From positions 35,650,001-35,714,000 of the forward strand of contig OZ024756.1 in the NCBI GenBank assembly GCA_964016885.1: a stretch of 64,000 nucleotides of DNA, read 5' to 3'. The translations under genes were made by a program, and so were the position numbers. Positions 57,566 through 64,000 of this stretch are shown piece by piece (the stretch's first letter is position 1; each line of letters starts with the position of its first letter). The DNA comes from Eledone cirrhosa. Taxonomy: Eukaryota. The notes under the pieces were generated by a model. It was not told the origin of the DNA. It did no database searches and was given only the letters and a program-made list of their open reading frames with translations.

Positions 57566-58211
57566 AGATGATGTATGACATACCCTGACTTAGTAGATGG
57601 TTAAGATTCAGTCATGGTAGTAAATTAATATTAATAACTCTGGAAAACCATTTTTGTTGAGTGCTTCCAATATTGTAAAACTCATTCTTTGATTTATTCA
57701 TTGAACCTTGTTTAACCTTTAAATATATATATATATATATGGGTGTGTGTATTATTTTATTTATTCATATATGCACACAAAGTAAACACACACACACACA
57801 CATACACACTTAAATATATCAAAGATCAATATCAATATATAGTTGAATATTGATCAAGATATTGATCGAGTGTATCTGTGTCATCAAAAATTGTTCTCGT
57901 GTAATATTTCAATAAAGAAAGCCACCACTCGACATTAATTTAAATGGTATGAATTACACTAAATCACTTATCTCAAATTACTAGAAGATAACTCCTCTCT
58001 TTTAACATTCTTTTCACATTCAATTCTGCTTTCAACTTTTACAGTCAATTTCCTCAAGCCTTAAAAAAAATACTGTTGTCTGGTATGACCCAACAACACT
58101 ACGTCAGTTGCCCCCTACTGCACCCCTAACTAATCAATCAACCAACCAACCAACCAACCCACACATCAATCCATGCATACACACACATTATATATTGTAT
58201 ATTGAACTGAC

Positions 58212-58256
58212 TTCTACAGGACTAGAACTGTTTCATTCGTATGAAATCATCAGGAA
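58212..58256 (-). ncRNA. Minimal hammerhead motif in short inverted repeat 58199-58292 (same family as 43719)
   Basis: Reverse strand: TTC-CTGATGA-TTTC.ATAC.GAAT-GAA-ACAG.TTCTAGTC.CTGT-A-GAA. Confidence 0.7.
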
Positions 58257-58739
58257 TGAAACAATTCTAGTCCTGTAGAAGTCAGTTCAATATGTAATAT
58301 AGATAGCATCATCATCACCGTTTTACCTCCATTCTTCCACGCTAGCATGGGTTAGACAGGTTGTCCTGTTGTGGGCAATGTTAGGTCAGGTGACCTTGTC
58401 TTGCTCATATGGGAACTGATTTTGGCTTGAATTCTACAGCTGGATGCATTTCCTAGCACCAACCACTTTACAATGTGGGCTGGGTGCTTTTTTGTCGTGA
58501 CACCTCCACAACCACTTTGCAGTAGGAGGGGGTGGGGCCATATTGTCTATATGCTTCAGCTTCAGCTTGTACCATGGGAAGTCAGGTCTTATGTATTACT
58601 GTGTGATGCCAGAGGTCACGGTCATGCGTCATCGTCTTTGAGAGGTGCAATTGGGCAAGGTCAGCTTTTATCACCTTATCCTGGGTCTTCTTGGGTCTCC
58701 CTACTCCAAGGCGTCCATCGACATATATATATATATATA

Positions 58740-59084
58740 TCATCATTTCATCATCATTTCATTTTACGTCCACTTTTCCCTGCTTGCAAGGGTGGGACGG
58801 GAACTGATTCTGGCTTGATTTCTACAGCTGGATGCCCTTCCTAACACCAACCTCATTTACAGTGAGTGCTGGGTGCTTTTTTGCCGTGGCACCTCCACGA
58901 CCACTTTACAGTGGAATGATATGGACCCCAGTCCCTATCACCTCATTTCTACAGCTGAGTAAACTGGAGCAATGTGAAATAAAGTGTCTTGCTCAAGGAA
59001 ACAACACATCACCTGGTCTGGGAATTGAACTCACAACCTTTCGATTGCAAGGCCAATGCTCTAACCACTAAGCCATGTGCCTCC
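58740..59084 (-). mobile_element. Full-length tRNA/CORE SINE (family A)
   Basis: Reverse complement of 9435-9763 with high identity. Confidence 0.85.
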
Positions 59085-59329
59085 ATATATATATATATAT
59101 TATATATATATATATAAGAAAATGAGGGGGTTTTTTTAATGAAAAAAATGAGGGGTTTTTTTTAATGAAAAAAATGAGGGGGTTTTTTTAATGAAAAAAA
59201 AACCCTCATTTTTTTCATTAAAAAAACCCCCTCATTTTTTTCATTAAAAAAATGAGGGGTTTTTTTTAATGAAAAAAATGAGGGGGTTTTTTTAATGAAA
59301 AAAAAACATGTCCTACATGAGTGAAAGTA

Positions 59330-59601
59330 TAAGGAAAAAAGATGAAATCAAAAATGCAGCTGGAGTCTTTTTAAGAATATTTATTTGTTTCCTTTACCAG
59401 TTTCACAATTCTTATGCTTTTCAAAAGTAGAATTGAGATGGAGGGTTTGTGGGTTTTTTGCATCGGGTGCGAGAGAAACCACAAACCCTCCATCTCAATT
59501 CTACTTTTGAAATGCATAAGAACTGTGAAACCAGTAAAGGAAACAAATAAATATTCTTAAAAAGACTCCAGTTGCATTTTCGATTTCATCTTTTTTCCTT
59601 A
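59330..59601. repeat. Inverted repeat (~133-bp arms) carrying U3/A8 hammerhead-like motifs
   Basis: taaggaaaaaagatgaaatc...tttgca-tcggg-tgcgaga...gatttcatcttttttcctta; homologous to 17343-17490. Confidence 0.85.
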
Positions 59602-59929
59602 TATATATATAGATACATATATATATACAGGCTGTTCAGATAATCAAACAACAAGATCAGACACTATCAGGACATCTTCTGTCTCCTTCACTTCAGCTTT
59701 AGGCCATTCCATCATTCTAGTTATATCGCCCCCACCCCCTCACCCCACCCCGATTTTAAACATCTTAATTTATTCACACTCATTGCTTTTCTTTTTAAAT
59801 TCAAGAGTTCAATGTTATTGATGGATAGTTTTGGCTGCGTTAAGCCATTGTGTAGGTCCTCCATATAAAACTCATCATTCTTCACGTGTTCTGCTTCATC
59901 ATCCTCATTGGTCCAGCTTTGACTCACCA

Positions 59930-60285
59930 TATCACATGACTGGTTTGTAGGTTCACAACACTGATCACATGACCGGCTTGTATGTTCGCAACAGTGATCA
60001 CATGACCGGCTTGTAAGTTCACAACACAGATCACATGACTGGCTTTTAAGTTCCCAACACTGATCACATGACCAGTTTGTAAGTTTGCAACAGTGATCAC
60101 ATGACCAGCTTGTAAGTTCACAACACTGATCACATGACAGGCTTGTAAGTTCACGATACTGATCACATGACCTATTTGTAAGTTCACAACGCTAGTCACA
60201 TATCACATGACTGGCTAGTAGGTTCACAACACTAGTCACATGACCAGTTAGTAGGTTCACAATGCTAGTCACATGACCAGTAGAT
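59930..60285. repeat. 33-bp minisatellite
   Basis: gatcacatgaccggcttgtaagttcacaacact, ~10 copies. Confidence 0.9.
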
Positions 60286-60561
60286 TCACAATTCATCTTC
60301 ACATGTAAAAGCTGTGTGTCCAGTTATAAAAATGTTCTGTATTCCTAACCTGGCAAATTTCATTGCATTTTAACATTGAGCCTGATGTTTATATTGGATA
60401 TTGAGAGGTGACTCCTACAGAACTAATTCTGTTTCTTCATTGAATCATACAGAACTAGTCCTATAAATGTCACTTCTCAATAAAATAAAGTATGGTCTCT
60501 ACATGATGTATTGAATACCTTATTTTAGTTGTGGTTCTCTTCTATTCTTTGATTAAAAACC

Positions 60562-60612
<51 letters not shown>

Positions 60613-60628
60613 TAGGTGTGTGTGTGTG

Positions 60629-60661
<33 letters not shown>

Positions 60662-60712
60662 ATATATGTATACATATATGTGTGTGTGCATTTATATGTA
60701 TAAATCTATATG

Positions 60713-60786
<74 letters not shown>

Positions 60787-61818
60787 TATATGTCTAGGTG
60801 TGTGTGTGTATATATATATATATGCATATATATATATATATGTGTGTGTGTGTGTATGCATATATGTATATATATGTGTATGTATATATGTATACATATG
60901 TGTGTGTGCATTTATATGTATAAATCTATATATATATATATATATATATTATATCTGTATGTATGTATGTATATTCTAGACACCATGGAGTAGGTTATAC
61001 TCTTGGTAAGTTTAGTTTACAATACATGTCCAGTTCTTTGTTTAGTGTACTTAGTCTCATATTCTCATCTTTGTGATTTACTGCAGTAGTTGAGGGTTTC
61101 TCCAGGTTTACCTAGACCTTCTCTCAAATACATAATGACCCATAAGGCAGATTTAGTACCTCATTATATTATTTTTAGTTACCCATACTCACACACACAC
61201 TCACATACACACACTCACAAACACACACTCACATACACACTCACACACATAAATGTACACATACATACACACTCATGAGTAACATAAAGACATGCTGTTT
61301 ATATTTAACAGTGTTAAATGCGGAAATCCAGTAAAGGTGTTGATTGACTCTTCTCCATTGGCCACATGTATGTCATATTGGCCACATGTGCCATCATGTG
61401 ACATTGGCCACATGTGACATCATGCTGATTATATATTGGCTCAAATGTTTTTATATTTTGGTGGGTTTTTTTTTTTTTCATCATGTCTTCTATAGATTCA
61501 TTCGGTAGACTCAAGTTCTGCCATGTTTCTCATATATCTAATATTTTCTTTTCATTTTAAACTAAGTTGATTCCAACCAGTGTTAGAGCAAAGACATGTT
61601 TGTTATTGTGCTCACGGAGGTATAAATATATTGCTCCTGTTCTCTCTTTCATGTTGAAATATCAAATATTCAATGTTTTTCTAATTTCCTTATTGCAATT
61701 TCGTTTTTTTTTTTTTTTTAGTTTTAATAAACTGCTCTCATGTGTCTTATTGAATAAAAAGGTGAGCATCTGTGTGATTTGTACTGATATCTTTGTTTGT
61801 TACTCCCTAAACAAGCAG

Positions 61819-64000
61819 CGGACCTAGATGTATTGCAGCGCAATGTCAACCATGCCAGCTCCAATGGAGAGAGCCAGTATGGTGATGGATCAGTGTCTAC
61901 AACTAAGGGTAAAAATGGGAAACAGGCAAACTGCAAATGTTTAAAACAATCGAAAAGTGGCAAGTTGTATTATTCTCTCCCGGATGTCGTGGCTATTACA
62001 AAGAAACATCAGTCAGATATTGGAACCTCTCCGTCAATGCCGAACATTAGAAACCTAGGAAAAGACAGATCGAGTTCACTCCGAAGAAAGAGTTCCCAAG
62101 TGAGTACACACTCACATGAAAAACGATTCACAGGTTCATCGAAAAGCCTAGCAACTTTTTCGATCAGACGTCATGTGGATGGGACTCTACACATGGAAAA
62201 TGTCAGTAACAAGATTTCAGAACAATGTAAAGGTGAAAAGTCATTTTATTCGGTCCCAAATGTGAAAAAACTTGCCAGTGAGACTCAACAAGTTGGTGGG
62301 AAAGTAACGACTTCACTGGTTGACATTAGAAACAGTAAATTCTCGCTGTTGACTGATTTTCCCCAGTTTGATTCCATTCTGAATACAGATAAAACTGATC
62401 AAACACACAGTAGTAAATGTGTGACCTTTTCTAAGCTTTCGACTGAGCAGGACATCAAAAGTTCATGGGCATCACTTTCATCGGGGACAAAAGTACTCCC
62501 TAGAACAACATCTGTGGAACTCAAGTCTGGTGTGCTGCCCAACTCACAAACCTATGTTCAGTGTTCAAAAGATAAAAAATCCGTGCCAGAGAAGTGTGAA
62601 AAACTTTCCAATTCACTTCTTGACCAGATTGCCGATTACTGGAAACCGCCGTCTATATTGAAACAGTTGTTCAACGCACCTATATTTATAGAAAGTTCCA
62701 CAGATCCTATACCATTACAGGAAAACTGCAAGATTCCAAACTTACCCGAGATTGTTGAAAGTTTAAAGAAACCTCAACGTAAAAAATCTAAGAAACTAGG
62801 TAACTCTTATGCCATTGTAGACCAAGCATTGAAGGACATGAAGTACAGGAATTTGTTGAACACTTACACTGATGAAGACCTTGCAGTGTTGCCTTCTCTT
62901 TCGAATCCGTCAGTACAAGGAGAAAGAACCTTACTTTCGTCTGTTGATGATGTTAATGTCAGTAACATGGAAAACATTAGTGAAGAAACAAACCTAACAA
63001 AGATATATGGCACGCCAGTTGACATTTTAGCATCCCAGCAAGAAAAACAATTCACGTTTCAACAACCGTTTGGAAAGCCATCACAGTTAATAGTCGTTGA
63101 ATGTCCCCAAAATTACTCTGTTTCTAATGTTGATTCTGGTCAGTTTGTAGACCCAGCTAAATTCACCCAAGAAATATCAAAATCTGCAGATTTTCACATC
63201 AAATTTGATAGAGCTGAGAAGAGACCCTCAGCGTTTCGATCGTTTCCGACATCTTCATTAAACAACAATTATAATGAACATATAGACAACAGCCTAACTC
63301 CAGACCAGCAACGGCGAATATCTTTGCAGCACTACAACATTCGAGATGTGTCTGGGACAAACGTTGATACTGACAGCAAAATATTACAGCAGCAGCAATT
63401 ATTGCAACAACATCTCCAAAAATATCTGGAACCCTCTAGTTCTGGCAGTATTGTTGAAGTAGCAAGTGATGAAGATCTCAAAGCTAATGATAGATCCCCT
63501 AACTTCCCTTATATTGATGTTGAAGCTACTGTAAGACAGTCTTATGAGAATCAGAATCAACCCCACCAACAACCAAGGTTTTCGACAAGGTCTACCTATT
63601 ATGAAAGTTATGAAGAAGTGAAATACCTCACATCAAGAAAATTATCTTGTTTACCCCCCCTTTCGGAAGTTGAAAGCGATGAAATATCTACATTGTCTGA
63701 AATAAGTAATTCTTCTACTACCCAAACTACATCTGCCATCGATATGGTAAAACCCACTTTGAAAATCTTTACCTCTGCTGAACCATTACCTACAATAAAA
63801 ACGCCCAGAGAAGCTGTAACGAAAAATATGTCAAGAAAGAAATTAAATCAATCAACAAAAAGTATGACAGCTTTTCTAGCCGAAACAGCACCAAATAAAT
63901 GCCCTCCAGCCTACTATATGCGCAGCACAGGCAACCTGCAAAATAAGGCCACCTTTGCAGATGTTGTACTTGCTAGTACGAAAATGCTTCGTCACCAAAA
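61819..64000 (+). CDS. Nav2: Giant exon (>=2182 nt, ~727 aa, runs off the window), probably the Nav2 channel II-III cytoplasmic linker
   Basis: Branch-like tactgat (~61782) and pyrimidine tract, then aagcag|CG; phase 1 matches the exon ending at 38301; frame (A)DLDVLQRNVNHASSNGESQYG...KATFADVVLASTKMLRHQ has no stop; in-frame TGA at 61785; no microsatellites; Ser/Thr/Lys/Gln-rich. Confidence 0.8.

Noticed and set aside
61722-61761. Possible 40-nt mini-exon (tttag|...AAG|gtgagc) just before the giant exon
   Set aside because: In the required phase it contains TGA, and the following intron would be only 57 nt; a poison exon cannot be excluded without RNA data

Overview
Repeat-rich, AT-rich animal genomic DNA. 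The SINE, MITE and microsatellite content looks like an octopus/coleoid cephalopod genome (inferred, not proven). The window holds the middle of one + strand gene, a Nav2/DSC1(NaCP60E)-type voltage-gated cation channel. Six phase-compatible exons encode the short I-II linker and all of domain II. A seventh exon of at least 2.18 kb (no stop before the window end, so missing from the ORF track) probably encodes a giant II-III linker. The introns contain (TA)n/(CA)n microsatellites, many minisatellites, two tRNA-type SINE families, TTAA/CCC piggyBac-like MITEs, RTE LINEs (one with a PHD finger inside the RT) and a cluster of Tx1-like LINE 3' ends bounded by (ATCT)n. The most striking unannotated signal is about ten minimal type-I hammerhead ribozyme motifs from several apparently unrelated families. 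Most have a palindromic helix III and a downstream AATAAA, sit in (TA)n tracts, and many lie inside long inverted repeats (Penelope-like pLTR architecture). Most ORF-track entries are microsatellite artefacts. All coordinates were read by eye; repeat boundaries are approximate.
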